A stretch of 64,000 nucleotides of DNA from Eledone cirrhosa (GCA_964016885.1 OZ024748.1:5580001-5644000), one strand, 5' to 3'; counted from the first letter of the stretch, positions 42,372-58,310 are shown. Program-made: numbers and translations. The notes: generated from the sequence alone by a model not told the origin.

Positions 42372-42438
<67 letters not shown>

Positions 42439-42543
42439 ACAATAGAAGTGAATGTAACTTTTATTCATTACCAAGTGTTAATCACATATGGCAAAAAGAG
42501 AGCATGCTTTGATTATTCACCTGATTTGAATTACATACGTGTC

Positions 42544-42612
<69 letters not shown>

Positions 42613-42680
42613 CTCTCTCTCTCTCTCTCTTTCTCTCTCTGTATATATATATATATATATATGTGTATATATATATATAT

Positions 42681-42970
<290 letters not shown>

Positions 42971-44175
42971 ATTTTTAAATGTGCCATATAATAATAAAAG
43001 CAACATATTTTAGGAAGAATAATTATAATAATAATTTCTATAATGTAAAGCCAGCGAGCTTTTCTGTTACTCTTTTGCTGGAAGAACATATACAATTACA
43101 CAATTACACAAACATTCGCTCAGATTCACGTATATATATATACATATATATATATACATCCACACAAAAACATAGTTTAAATGATAAAAATTGCTTACAT
43201 ATTCATACATTCGTGCATATAGAAACGTAAATATCGATAAATACTCATACAAACCCACACACATATGTCTATACATATGTAATAATAATAGAACCATAAA
43301 TATAACCACAGATAAAAAAGGGTCACTCACGCACTCACATATACTGAGACACACGTATATAGACGTACATACAAACGTAACTATAAAAAGCTAACATAGG
43401 ATACACTGGAAACTAATAAACAAAAACATAACCACATTCGTCCTTGCAGATACATAAACACGTTCTTCGTTGTATATGCACACACACACACGCGCGCGCG
43501 CACACACAGCCACCCACACCAACTTAGACAAATACGCATAACCACGCACGCACACACACACACCCTCTCACACACATACACTCACACACACTTACAAACA
43601 ATTACAGATCCACGCACGCACACATAGACCAGTTTACATAAAAATACATACATAAGCAAGCTCTCCCTTGTAGACAGTCACATACACAAACTCACGAACA
43701 CACGCACACACACACGCGCAAACATAGACATATATTCATAAGCACACCAACACACAGAGAAAGACCACTATACATAAAATTACATACATAAGCCAGTTCT
43801 CCTTTCCAGACATACAAACACACACATACACACGCATACACACACACTCACACTCTCTCTCTCAGACACACAAAGCGTAAAAAATATAATTAATTTCACA
43901 TAGTAAATATATAATATCAATAAGAAGAAGTAAAAAGCTATCAATTTTGCCAATAAACCCTGTTGCCCACTTAACGCCCTAAGTGGGTACATTTTTATGA
44001 CACGAAACTCGAAGTAAACGCCATTAAATTCATTCTAATCTTACATTGATAAGTGAGAAAATATTGTTCCCTTCTCAACCCAGAGCAAAATAGCAAGTCT
44101 TTTAAAACTAACTTGTTGTTGCTGATGTCGATGTAGTTGTTTTGTTTATGTTGTCATTGTTATTATTGTTGTAGC

Positions 44176-44810
44176 TGTGGATTGGCAGTATCGGAAGAGC
44201 GTCAGACACCATGCTTTGTAGCATAGAGTTATGGCCATTTACGTTCTGAGTTCAAATCGGGCCAAGGATTAACTTTGCCTTTCATCCTTACAGGGTCGAT
44301 AAAATAAAGTACCAGTAACATACTGGNNNNNNNNNNNNNNNNNNNNNNNNNNNNNNNNNNNNNNNNNNNNNNNNNNNNNNNNNNNNNNNNNNNNNNNNNN
44401 NNNNNNNNNNNNNNNNNNNNNNNNNNNNNNNNNNNNNNNNNNNNNNNNNNNNNNNNNNNNNNNNNNNNNNNNNNNNNNNNNNNNNNNNNNNNNNNNNNNN
44501 NNNNNNNNNNNNNNNNNNNNNNNNNNCCAGTAACATACTGGGGTTGATTTAATCGAATTTACCCTCCCTCTAACTTACTAGCCTTGTGCCTATATAAGAA
44601 ACAATTATTGTTGTAGCTGTAGATTGGCGGTATCGGTAGAGCGCCAGACACCATGCTTTGCAGCATAAAGTTATGGCCCTTTGCGTACTGAGTTCAAGTT
44701 CCGCCGAGGGTTAACTTTGCATTTCAACATTGCAGAGTCGATAAATAAAGTACCGGTAATGTACTGGGGTAATTGCTGGCCTTGTGCCAAATGTAGGAAC
44801 AATTATAATT
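44176..44810 (+). mobile_element. Two tandem SINE family 1 copies, the first split by the assembly gap
   Basis: 44176-44326 plus 44527-44610, and 44617-44810. Confidence 0.85.
44327..44526. other. Assembly gap (200 N)
   Basis: Run of n. Confidence 1.
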
Positions 44811-46056
44811 ATTGTTGTTGTTGTTGGTGATGGTGTTGTTGGTTGGTTGATGTTGTCATTATTGTTGTTGTTGTTGGTGAAGTGTTGTTGTTTGGTTGAT
44901 GTTGTCATTATTGTTGTTGTTGGTGGTGAAGTGTTGTTATCAGTGTTAAATGTTGTTATTGGTAGCGTATCGTTGTAGTAGATATAGTCACTACTGCTTT
45001 TATTTATTGTTATCATTATTGTATTTTTTATTGTCGTGGTTATTGTTCTTGCTATTGATGATGTTGTTGTTGTGATTGTTGTTGATGTCCGTTTTGGAGT
45101 GTTGTTATCACTGTTATTTTTGTCAATGGCTGGCTTTTGTTTTTAATGTTATTGCTGTTATATTTTCTAGTTGTCAATCTTATCACTATATTTTTTTCAC
45201 TGTAACTGTTAATGTTGTCATTGCTGTTGTTTATTGTTGTTTTTGTCGTTGTTATTCTTGTTGGTTTTCCTGGATTATTACAGATTATCACGGATCCTGT
45301 TGTTGCTGTTGTTGATATTGTTGTTAGTGGTGGTGTTGAGAGTGTTGAGTTGTGTTGTTAACAATCGTATTGTAGTTGTTGTGATTACTTTCTCAGGAAA
45401 TGTTGCTGATGTTGTTATTAACGACAAAAACAGCTTCTATCACAATTGGAGATTGTTGGTCTCGACTATTGCCTATAGGCACCCAGATAGAATAACCCTT
45501 TTCAAGATGGGAGATAAATCTCTAATCTGGAATCTCTCACATTGCGACAGATTCTCCCATGACAAACTCACGGCCTCGTATACAAAACCTAGCACTGAAA
45601 CCCTGTGTCATCTGCCCACAGACTCTCCTTTTTCTCCACAATGTAAAGATCTGTGCACCCCACCAGATGCAGTGAGTGCTACTGACAGCTTTCCTCAACA
45701 ATATTTTCACCATCTTGTCTCAAAGGCACAGCTAAGATATAACGCCCAAACAACTTGCGACATTGTCCTCATTTCTCATTTTTTCATTACTTAATCTTTC
45801 ACTATTATGTTTTCATTTTTTCCCGCTTATTCATTATTTAATTTGTTTGTTTTAAAAATACATTCATTATTGTATAGTTAATAAATATTTACGTTTAGAC
45901 ATTCTTTTCTTTTCTTTTGCTTCTCTTTTACTTTTCTTTTGCTTCTCTTTTACTTTTCTTTTATTTCTCTTTCTATCTCCTCCATCAACTTCAAATTATT
46001 ATAAATAAAAATATACTAAAAATTAATATATAATATAGTCAACGTCCTTAAATGTA

Positions 46057-46185
46057 GGCGTGTGGCTGAGTGGTTAGAGAATTGGATTCGCAATCGTGAG
46101 GTTGTGAGTTCGGTTCCCGGACCGGGCGATGCGTTATATCCATGAACAAGACACTTTATTTCATGTTGATCCTTCTATCTGGAGT
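46057..46185 (+). mobile_element. SINE family 2, 5' part (tRNA-Arg-like head)
   Basis: tggctgagtgg A box, gattcgcaatc with a TCG anticodon-like triplet, gagttcggttccc B box. Confidence 0.65.
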
Positions 46186-46279
46186 TGCGACCGATAGATA
46201 GTATTCGCAATTGGAAAGAGCAATGGAAACATTGTTTCCTCGGTTCGATTTGACGAAAGTTGATCGTTCTTTTTTATTA

Positions 46280-46830
46280 TCGATAATATACATTCCAGTA
46301 ATTGAATTGTACTTTGTTATGTCGACCAAAGTTTTGCCTTCCGCAGAATTAGATATATGAACCTAAATATTCGGAACAAACACTGCGAGGCATTGCCTAC
46401 GACAGTCTAAGAAAACAGTTCTTTCACTGTCCTCGTGTATTGGCCAAATCCCTATGGCATCAAACTCAGTGCTTTGCAGTATTTGTTTTGGTTCTTGATC
46501 AACATTGCATTTTATCCACCGAAGTCGATAAAAATGTCCCAGTGAAATACTGAAGTTTATTTAATAGAATTTTCCCTTTCCAATATTGTGAGCTTTGTGT
46601 CTAAATTAAAACTAGTTACGTGTATTAGGTTGACAAAGTCGTCATAGCGTCTGATAGACTAATTTGCAGTATGCAGTTACGAACGTCTACATTCGGAGAT
46701 CAAATAGCTCCAGAGGCAAACTTGACTTTCATCTTTCTGGGGTCGATAAAATAAACTATCAGTTAAGTACTGGTGTTCATATAATAGACATTTCTTTTCT
46801 CCGAAATTGCTGGCATTTTGGTTCTCATAT
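46280..46830. mobile_element. Old, diverged SINE family 1 relatives (2-3 copies)
   Basis: gactttcatctttctggggtcgataaaataaa and gaagtcgataaaaatgtcccag cores. Confidence 0.55.
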
Positions 46831-47238
46831 GGAAAAGTTACAACGACAGTTGCAACAATTACAACAAAAACTACAACATCATCAACAATAACAATAAAAA
46901 GATCTGCTAGGTTGGGATTTTCTTGGCTACGAGTATTGTAGTGTAAAATATATAGAGTTGTCAGAAAAGAAAAATAAATAAAGAAATATATTGTTGTTAT
47001 ATTTCTTAAGCATAAAATAACAATTTCTGTGAGTTATTTTATGGAATTTGCAGCCAAACAGATATCATCTTACCATGGTGCCAACCAACTCACCTCGCCA
47101 AAGATTTTAATGTAATTTTAATATGTATACTTAAATCATATTAGTATCCGGTCACATATACATATATATATACATACATACATACATACATACATACATA
47201 CATACATACATACATACATACATACATACATACATACA

Positions 47239-47270
<32 letters not shown>

Positions 47271-47689
47271 CATTTATTTGGAAATGCCAGACACGTCTTG
47301 AATAATTTTGATCAATGTTTTTTCTCTGATATATGTGTATTTTATAAAGATGAATAGTAAATTATACAAGTGTGTATAATGTTTGTTCAAGTGTATATAT
47401 GTATATATGTATGTATGTTTGTGTGTATGTATCTATGAATCTATGTGTGTATGTATATATGTACATATGTATATATGTACGTATGTATGTTTGTTTGTGT
47501 CTGAATGTATGTATGATATGTATGCATGGATGTACTTATGTACATAGGTATATAGGTAAGTATATATATATGTGCTTATGTGTATATATACATATGTTGA
47601 AGTGGCCTCAGTGACTGTTGAGTTGGACGATTAGTTTTGCCATACCGGTCTATGTCTTCATTATCGCAAAGTCTCACAACAGCGAGGCA

Positions 47690-48145
47690 ATAAATCACGC
47701 TGAACTACCATCTTGAAGATCATTCATGCAACTACTGTAATGCTCAAATTCATTCTGAATAGACTGAAACTTCGATCAGAAACTATCATAGTCAAGGAAC
47801 AATCGGGTTTCGGTAAAGTTAGAAGCCTTATTGTACAAATATATAGGATTCAGACCTTATGGGGGGAAATATCTTTGACACGAAAAAGTGCTTTACTATG
47901 AATTTATATACGAAAATATAGGAAAATATTTGTTTGAGTAGAGCATGGGGTTCTATTGGATGTTTTGAAGAAATTTAACATGGGAAAAATGTTGACTCGT
48001 ACGATGCGAGTACTCAATGTTAAGGTAATCAGTGGCATAATTGTATAAGACGCTCTTGTGCTATGCTTCCATTACACTGTGGCGTTCATCAAGGTGGTTT
48101 CCAGTCCCCTACTATGTTTAACATTATATTGAAGAGGATTATCTT
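47690..48145 (+). pseudogene. Decayed non-LTR retrotransposon reverse transcriptase (RTE/RTEX-like)
   Basis: HATTVMLKFILNRLK...KEQSGF...RS..QI and GVHQGGFQSPTMFNIILKRI match RT motifs; frameshifts and stops present. Confidence 0.8.
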
Positions 48146-48524
48146 TTCTTGTTTAGCCCCAGGTCATCCTGCATGCTACAGCCCTATGATCAAAGTTATT
48201 TCAGCCCTCATGATGATGGTGATGATGAAGACCGTGATATGGATTATGATGATGATCAGGATGATGATGAATGACGACGATGCTGATGATAATGGTGACG
48301 ACGATGATGGTGGTGGCGAGTTGAAAATAAAACACAAAGTATCCGGCTAGAAAAGACTATAAAATATTGAGTTAATCACATAAGTAGGGAGTTAGTAGGG
48401 AAATGTCCTACATATACATTATACATACATGTATACACATGTATATCTTTGTGAATGTATGTATATGTGCATGTGTTTGTGTATGTATATATGTATGTAT
48501 GCCTGTATGTATGAATGTATGTAT

Positions 48525-48617
<93 letters not shown>

Positions 48618-48886
48618 TATGTATATTTATATATAAATATATGTATATGTATATGTATATGTATATATGTATGCATGTATGTATACATGTATGTATACAT
48701 GTATACATAGCCTACAGAAATGTTTATGTCTGCGCTCCCAACTTATGCGATATATCCCATACCCAGAATTCCTCCACGAAAGGAATAAAGTTGTCTTTCT
48801 CGTGAAAAATATTTCGTTCCATACATAAGAGATCCATTCACACTGAAATGAAAGTGAGTAAAATTTTGTTCAGCATGTATACAACA

Positions 48887-48980
<94 letters not shown>

Positions 48981-49264
48981 ATATACACGGGTGTGTATGA
49001 TTGTGTATAGAAGATTATATTAATAAGAGGAATTCCAATTTTGTCTGATTTACTCGTTTCATTTACAATCCTTTAAAATTTATAATGGTATTATAATGAA
49101 ATAGTATGATAGAATATTAAATGTTAAGTGTTAATTGAACAAGTACTTTCATGCTTTCGCAATCTTCAGGTTCATAATGTGTGGTGACAGTCAAGTTTGC
49201 AATTTTCAACTGTGTGAAATATATATATATATATATATATACGTATGTATGTGTATATATATAT

Positions 49265-49312
<48 letters not shown>

Positions 49313-49406
49313 GTGTATGTATGTATGTATGTATGTATGTATGTATGTATGTATGTATGTATGTATGCATGTATATATATATATATTATTTCTTAACACT
49401 GTCTCA

Positions 49407-50014
49407 TGGTCGGGTCGTTGGCGACTAAACTGGCAACCCCACCAAGGTTTCTTGGTGAGGAGGGTGACTTTGGACATCCTGCAGGACTAAAAACAAAACC
49501 TGTCAAAGGGCAAAGGAGCTCTTAAGAGTCAATGGCCATCCAAAATCACTGGGAGAGATGACCCCTTTAGCCTTTGTCAAGGCAGAATTCTAGGAGAAGG
49601 AAAACTCTGATATAACACCTGCAACCCTGATGGTATCCAATGATGTTGACTTGTTCTTCTTTTTGGTAAATATCATCTTGGTTAAGAGAGTGGGACTGGC
49701 TTTGTGCAGTGCCTTTGCTCACTATAAAAGCTTCACGGCACAGGCATTGCTTTATATCTGGAGATCTCTCTGCACTTGTCCTCACATGGGCCCAGCACTA
49801 TGTGTCAATAATTGTCCTACCATGGGCCTAGCACTATGTGTCAATAATTGTCACATGTGTAGTGTTTGTACCAGAGGTTTCAAGTCGCTGGCTGGACTAA
49901 AAAGTCACACTCGTTCAGCGCTTCGGTAGGGGTTCTCCTACATGGATGTAAAGTAGTGGCCGTACTCGAAAACGAGTTGGCAGCCACCATGTATGTATGT
50001 ATGTATGTATGTAT
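49407..50014 (+). mobile_element. Non-autonomous, internally deleted RTE-like retroelement with an (ATGT)n tail and a 34-bp TSD
   Basis: RTE-like 5'UTR motif ggagaaggaaaactctgat; C-terminal CSVCTRGFKSLAGLKSHTR; TSD 49367-49400 = 50015-50048. Confidence 0.75.
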
Positions 50015-50724
50015 GCATGTATATATATATATATTATTTCTTAACACTCTCGATTCGTCAGGGATCCAATTGCTTTTAAAACCACGTATCAATGTCCCAG
50101 TTAACTTGCGCACACATTTCTTGTTTAATACGTTTTGAACAAAAGCAGAAAGTTCTCTATCATGAGGTCACTTTTCCTTCTCGCGCAGCCACCAATCACT
50201 GAGGTATTAAAACTCGTCACGGGCTCTTATTTTTTCACTTGAATAAAAGATCAAAATCAAACAAATACAAATATATAAATAGTAGGACAATGATGCTAAA
50301 TCAGTCATCTGCAAAATTAACTGAAAACATCGAACCACTTCTCAAATTGACATCCCTCAATCTAGAAGCACCTGCGTATAATAACAACGATATTTACCAG
50401 CCAAATAAATGTAAAATATGTATAGAGTAAGGTCCCAGGAAGTATTTATTTCTACATCAAATTTCGTTTGAAGTTTCATGATTTGCTGTATTCTAAGATA
50501 GAAGTGAGCAAACAATTTTTAAAATAAACATTGATTTTATTAAGTGTTATTATATATTCAAATAATTACACGGTAATCACTGAGAAATTAGAATTAAATT
50601 GTACAATTAATGAATGATTTTGTTTTTGTTTCATCTTTCGAGTATATTTACAATGTCGAGATTAGATATTTAGATTTTAATAAAAAAAAATTTAATAAAC
50701 AAATAAACTGCTTATATATGTGTA

Positions 50725-50807
<83 letters not shown>

Positions 50808-50811
50808 AATG

Positions 50812-50850
<39 letters not shown>

Positions 50851-50933
50851 GTATATACTTATATATACATATGAATATATATATATATATATATATACAT
50901 ATGCATATACATATATATATATATATATACATA

Positions 50934-50998
<65 letters not shown>

Positions 50999-51029
50999 AT
51001 GTATATATGCCTATCTCTTTCACTCTCTG

Positions 51030-51101
<72 letters not shown>

Positions 51102-51857
51102 ATATCGGGAAGTTTACCCGCCCCAGCCATATTTATATATATATTTGTGTGAGTGTGTGATGTATTTATCTGTGTGTGTCGAGTTGTTATTTGTGTTTAT
51201 ATATATATAGTATAACAGAGAGAGAGAGAGAGAGGGGGGAGAGGGAGAGAGGGGGGGATAAACAAAGAGAAAAAGAGACACAGAGCGACAAAGTAGGGAA
51301 ATTGTTAAAATGAAATACCCAATAAAGTTTATTCAAAAGACACAATATAAAATCAAAGTAAATATATTAAAATTAAACAAAAACAATGGCACACACAAAA
51401 ATACGAAATACGCTTATTGAATACAATGCAAACTAAATGAATAAAGATAATGTATTTAAGTAAATTTCCTGTCTTAAAGTTAAATAAATTTATAAAGAAA
51501 ATATAACAGAAATACTGACACGTCCATCACTATCAACATCATATCAAAAACACCGAATTCAATAAGATAAATGAAAAATAAAATCGCCAAAAATCCTGTA
51601 TCGTAAAGTACACAATGCTTAGCCAAAATACTAATAAAAAAAATCTGACTGTAAAACGTTTTTTGGAGTAGCAGTTTGTCATTTGAAATTATATATTGTA
51701 CAAATATAAACACACGTACATGGGTAACTTCTTTATACGTCTTTGTGAGTCTTCACCCCAATGTTTTTGGGCTGTTTCAGAAGCTTCACCGCACATAGGC
51801 ACATCATTCTTTATATATATATATATTATATAAATATTTGTATATATATATATATAT

Positions 51858-51889
<32 letters not shown>

Positions 51890-51918
51890 TGTACATATAT
51901 GTGTGTGTATGTGAGGGG

Positions 51919-51962
<44 letters not shown>

Positions 51963-52399
51963 TTATAAGAAAAATAATAATTTATATTAGAAAACAATGC
52001 TATTTTCATGTATGAATGATCAGAATTTACACAATATTGAAGAGAGAAGCCTAAACCGTTGCTTATAAAAAAATATGCACACTAATATTTATATTCACGC
52101 GAACGCATACATACACACAGCACAAACATATATATATATATATATGCCTATAAGTAGATGTGTGTAAAATATATATACACATACATACACAGTCTCTCAC
52201 ACACACACATATATGTATGTATGTATATATATATACTTCTAGATATATAAGAGGCATACCGTATGTATATTTCTATGCATGTCTGTATACGTATGATTAA
52301 ATCTATATATGTGTCTATGTATATATATTGTTATGAATATATGTACGTATATATTCATTTAAGCTTAAATTTACTAGCTGGACGGAAACACTATATATG

Positions 52400-52549
<150 letters not shown>

Positions 52550-52570
52550 TATATATATATACATATACAA

Positions 52571-52601
<31 letters not shown>

Positions 52602-52631
52602 TAAATATATATATGTATGTATATATATATG

Positions 52632-52706
<75 letters not shown>

Positions 52707-52708
52707 AT

Positions 52709-52750
<42 letters not shown>

Positions 52751-53997
52751 TATGTATGTATACAAGTATTTGTGCGTACGTGTGTGTGTTTGTATACTTT
52801 TAATTTTATATTATCACAATCTATTTGGTTTGTTTTTAACCATCTTTTATATTCACTTTATTTAATTTTTAACACCATCCGTTTAAAGGAAGAATTTATA
52901 AGAAGACAAAAAGAATTAGATTAGATATTAAGAATTTTCTACATTTTATCATGAATGATTTTTTTTCTTTCAAAATCTAAACATCTTCTTTCTTTGTTTG
53001 TCAATTTATCTTCCATCAAATAGAAAGTAGATTTTACAAAAAGATTATGTCAACAACGACTAGAGAAAGTTTATAAAAATACAAACAAACGGGAAGGAAA
53101 GCACCAACAATAACACCAGTAACAACATAAACACCATATATATAGAAAACAGCATAATATAAATAAATAGCAACACCTTCCCCTGTACACTCAAACACAA
53201 CAAAAATATCACAACCACCACCAATAATAACAACAACATCATCATATAACATAGATCTTTTTTTTTTTTCTAAAATATGAAAAATAATATATTTTTTAAA
53301 AAGTGTTTTAGCGGAAAATTTCCTATCTTTAGGATTTGATCAGTTAAAATGATTGTGTAAACACGATGTTGAGCGAAAATTTGTAATAAACTATGTAGAA
53401 AATTCGTAGATCACTGAAATACACGCAGAGAAAAGAAAATGTATTTTGCATGATCATATATGTATATTTTTTTTCTGTTTTAGATATTCTAGTATTTGAG
53501 GCTCTGGTGATAATCTTATGTGAAAGAATACTTAGAGTATATTACAGTATACAGCGTACACAAACAGATAAACTACCACAGAGGCATTTATCTATATACC
53601 TAAGCATGTATGTGTCTCACATATATATAATCCAATGTAGGTATGTGTGTCCATGTGGCTTTATCTTCGCCTGTTTTCCTTGTCTTTCAAATCTTCACTG
53701 TTAATACTTTGGTGTCACATTCTCTGTTTCCTATCTCTTGATTAAACGCTGATTTGTCCATCGACTTCTCAGTCATATGTTTCATCTAAATCTCACCATT
53801 TTAAGAAGCAACATGCTATCTATCTATCTATCTCTATATATATGTAAATATATAGATATGTAAATATATAGATAAGTAAATATATATATACATAAACAAC
53901 ATCAGATAAATACGTATTAGATAGGCGTATAAATTAGCGTTTACTGTAAGTGTTGAAGAGGGTATTTACATTTTTTTCATGAAAAGGATTTAAAACT

Positions 53998-54028
<31 letters not shown>

Positions 54029-54152
54029 AACACACACACAAGTGTATGACTTGTTTATATTTGAACTGTATAAATATATGTATATATGTATATATATGGA
54101 TTGAAGATAATGGTTATATCTTCACAATCCCTCTTTTATATGACATTATACG

Positions 54153-54190
<38 letters not shown>

Positions 54191-54207
54191 TACATACATA
54201 TATTTAT

Positions 54208-54243
<36 letters not shown>

Positions 54244-54310
54244 GAATGTATGTATATATATATATATACACACACACACATATACATATATATATATGTA
54301 TATATATATG

Positions 54311-54381
<71 letters not shown>

Positions 54382-54389
54382 ATATGTGT

Positions 54390-54482
<93 letters not shown>

Positions 54483-54635
54483 TGTGCGTCCATAGAATTT
54501 AAAAGTATCCAACCGTTTTTTCCTTCGAAATCCATTTATCCTTTCGAAAGATTCAGATTTGTTTTGGGGCTGTTTTCTTCGAACGATTATATAATATGCT
54601 TACGATACTGACATCTACAATCAGCAATACATAAT

Positions 54636-54668
<33 letters not shown>

Positions 54669-54701
54669 AAGAGAGAGAGTAATGATGTTTAATAGGTAGA
54701 T

Positions 54702-54763
<62 letters not shown>

Positions 54764-54851
54764 GTAATCATATATACATACATGAATAAACACATATATA
54801 TATATATAATAAATAAATATATACATGCATATATATATATACATACATATA

Positions 54852-54896
<45 letters not shown>

Positions 54897-54897
54897 T

Positions 54898-55011
<114 letters not shown>

Positions 55012-55341
55012 TAGTATGTGTGTGTATGCGTGTGTGTGCATGAGTGTGTGTATATATATATATTATATATATCCGATCTTCTTCGAATATAATGGAAAAA
55101 GATAGATTATTGTTTGTTATATTTCTGGATAAACATAAAAAAACATAATATAGATTTGTTGACATATAAATTTAATAGGATATTTATAAAGTTTGTTTAG
55201 AAAAAGTAACTATATATTGAATATAACGTTAAAATATGTGTGTATCGCTGTGATTTAAATGTGTATCAGGGATGTATTAAATTGAAATACTTAAACAGGC
55301 ATGTACACGAGCGCGCACTTTATATGTATATATATATATAC

Positions 55342-55439
<98 letters not shown>

Positions 55440-55554
55440 GTGTGCGTGTGTGTGTGTGTGTGCGTGCGTGTACATATGAATGTATATATATATGTATGTA
55501 TTTCATGTATTTAAGTATATATGTAGTAGTTTTTTGTTGTTGTTTTTTTCACCT

Positions 55555-55755
55555 TGGAGTGAAAGGCCCCCAGCTTTTGTCACATTACCTTTCTAGGAGA
55601 GGGAAACTGAACAATTCCTGCGGCTTTGAAAGCATCCGATGATGCTGACCAATTCACTTTTTCGGGCAGTGTTTTCGATGATGTGGGAATGGTCGAATGC
55701 AAGGCCTTTCCCCACTTAAAAAAAAACCTTTAAAGCACAGGCATTGCTTGTTCAG
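55555..55755 (+). mobile_element. Diverged relative of the RTE-like 5' region
   Basis: Shares tctaggaga.ggaaact and gcacaggcattgctt with 49590-49752. Confidence 0.45.
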
Positions 55756-56247
55756 GATATATTACAGTTTCGTGTGGCTAGCCGTTGCCTAAAAATGCAA
55801 ATATATTGCTCTATCCCAGAGATAGAGCAGACAAAAAGGTCTAAATTGGGTTGATCAAATATGTCTTGCCCTCTGCTCCAGATGCTACAAATATCAAGCA
55901 AAATGAGCCAAGAGTGGCACAAGCACCGTTCTTCCATATGCTAGAGTTTGCCATCAAATAAACTATAAAGATCTCCACGATACTGGTCAGTGTATGTCCT
56001 AGATATAGCTGCTAACATGAACCAAAATGAGCAGTCCCCTTCTTATTTACTTATCCTGCTACACAGAGGACACTACTGCTTAGATGTAAATATCTAGCCA
56101 GCAATTTGTAATATTAAGCAAAGGATGCCTGAAAAAGTAACATTGGATTGTCAGTGATGGCTGTCATAATTTCTACCTTGTCGAGTCAGTTTTAAATAGT
56201 ATGTAAGCCATAATTTCAACAAAATCGACTGTGATATTTTCATAATA

Positions 56248-56423
56248 TATCGGTAGACGGTCGGGCGCCATGCTTTGAAGCATAGAGTTACCTCCCTTTA
56301 TGATCTGAGTTCAAATCCCGCCGAGGTTCACTTTGCCTTTCATCCTTACGGGGTCGATAAAATAAAGTACCAGTAACGCACTGGGCTAATTGCTGGCCTT
56401 GTGCCAAAAGTAGAAACAATTAT
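56248..56423 (+). mobile_element. SINE family 1 (short form), well preserved
   Basis: Core, B box and tail. Confidence 0.88.
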
Positions 56424-57530
56424 ATTAATCAAATATTGATTGGATAATTAAATTAAGTTAACCAGGATTGTAATAGTAACGACCAGGTAATTTTCAAACC
56501 ATTCCTTAGTGTTGAATTAGATGCAGTGATTTTTAAATATATTTAGTACTTCGCGTGACCATGTACATGATTCTTCGCTGTCTAGCAAGGTTGTATATGA
56601 ACTAAACAATAAAGGAGCTACAGTTTCTATCTCATAATATCCTAGCATATATATCATTGGTATTACTCCTATAACTAAATATATTGAATATTCTCTACAA
56701 GATGGATGAATGGAATGGATGGATGGAAGGACGAGTGAAATGGCTGGAAGGATGGCAGGATGGAATTGAGTAAAATGGTTTTATATGACCTGTCAAGGGT
56801 TGAAGAGCAGCAGCAGTCCGTGGATGAATTGAATATATAAATAAATCTTCTACAAATGGAGATTTATATAAAGTTGGCAACAATTAGGAACTACACCACT
56901 TCAAACACGAATAAATATCTATGCACGACTCATCTGCTTACATTTTTTTCAATAGAACATTCCAAGTCATATTGATGGAAAGGAAATTAAAAGACAGCGT
57001 TGTATTTCAGGTGAGAATTTTACCACCACCATCACTACAAAGAAGACGAACAACAACAACAACGATACCGACAGCAACAACACCAATAACAAACACATCA
57101 GCATGACCTCCTTTGCTAGAAATTCTCTTCAAAATGCCAAGAGATGTAAATGTAATATTGGTTATACATACACACATACACATGTGTGTGTGTGTATACG
57201 TTTGTCTGTGAGAGAGTGAATGGGTGTGCGTATGTGTATGTCTGAATGTATGTGTCTGTATGTATGTATATGTGTGTATTTGTACATACACTGACGTTGA
57301 TAGGAAACAGATGAGAAACGAGATGTGAATCTTTTATAAGATAAAATCTAAAGTCAGTACATATTTCTCGCAAATGGAAAAGCTCTGCTAATCACTGGTC
57401 ACGTGGTTGGCTAACATAGCACATGGCCTTTATAAGAATTTCAATCTTAGCGTTCCGCATTTCCATAAATTAATATCCATCATCATATAGATTACAAAGT
57501 ATCAAAAATATAGGATAATGAAAACATGAA

Positions 57531-57614
<84 letters not shown>

Positions 57615-57631
57615 CATGTATATATATACAT

Positions 57632-57698
<67 letters not shown>

Positions 57699-57746
57699 TT
57701 ATATATATATTTACTTATATATATATATAGATAGATAGATATATAC

Positions 57747-57935
57747 ATTTATTAAAATAACAGATAAGTTTAAGCAAAGAATCGCTGCTTTCAAAAGGTC
57801 CCGTTAAGGGTGAAAGCAGCGATTCTTTGCTTAAACTTATCTGTTATTTTAATAAATATTTGCTCTATGGTTCTTATATATTTGATATATATTTATCCTT
57901 TACGAGCCCTCTTTGGATTCTAGTCTTCAAATTTA
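57747..57935 (+). mobile_element. Family-G fold-back element
   Basis: 47-bp arms 57747-57793 / 57811-57857; between TA-rich tracts. Confidence 0.65.
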
Positions 57936-57963
57936 TTATTATATATATATATATATATATATA

Positions 57964-58088
57964 TAACGAAGGAAATGTGGTAAGGAACCAGGGGGACTAT
58001 AACGCACCAAAGTACTCAATACTTATTAGTCCAGAATTAGCCGTCGAAACGGCTTGAGCTCAGCCGTCGGAGTCTTACTTGTTCCTAT
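57964..58088. mobile_element. Family-A element that has lost one palindrome arm
   Basis: The 3' tail (minus sense) is joined directly to gtccagaattagccgtcgaaacggc (plus sense). Confidence 0.75.
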
Positions 58089-58310
58089 ATATATATATAT
58101 ATATATATAACCGGTAACCTGTATGAGCATGAGACAGTGCAACAACCAATGAATAGTGCGATACAAATTAAGTTTAGTTAAGAGTTAAGAGTTAAGTTAC
58201 CAACAGCTAAGTCAGTCTTTTCAACTTCCTGTCCACAAGTTTCTTAAAGATATTTCGTCGAAAAAATATTTTAGGTTGAAACATTTGAACTCGGTGTAAT
58301 CTTATATATA

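Noticed and set aside
49630-49929. Zinc-finger host gene
   Set aside because: It lies inside a dispersed repeat with a TSD, and the motif matches RTE ORF C-termini.
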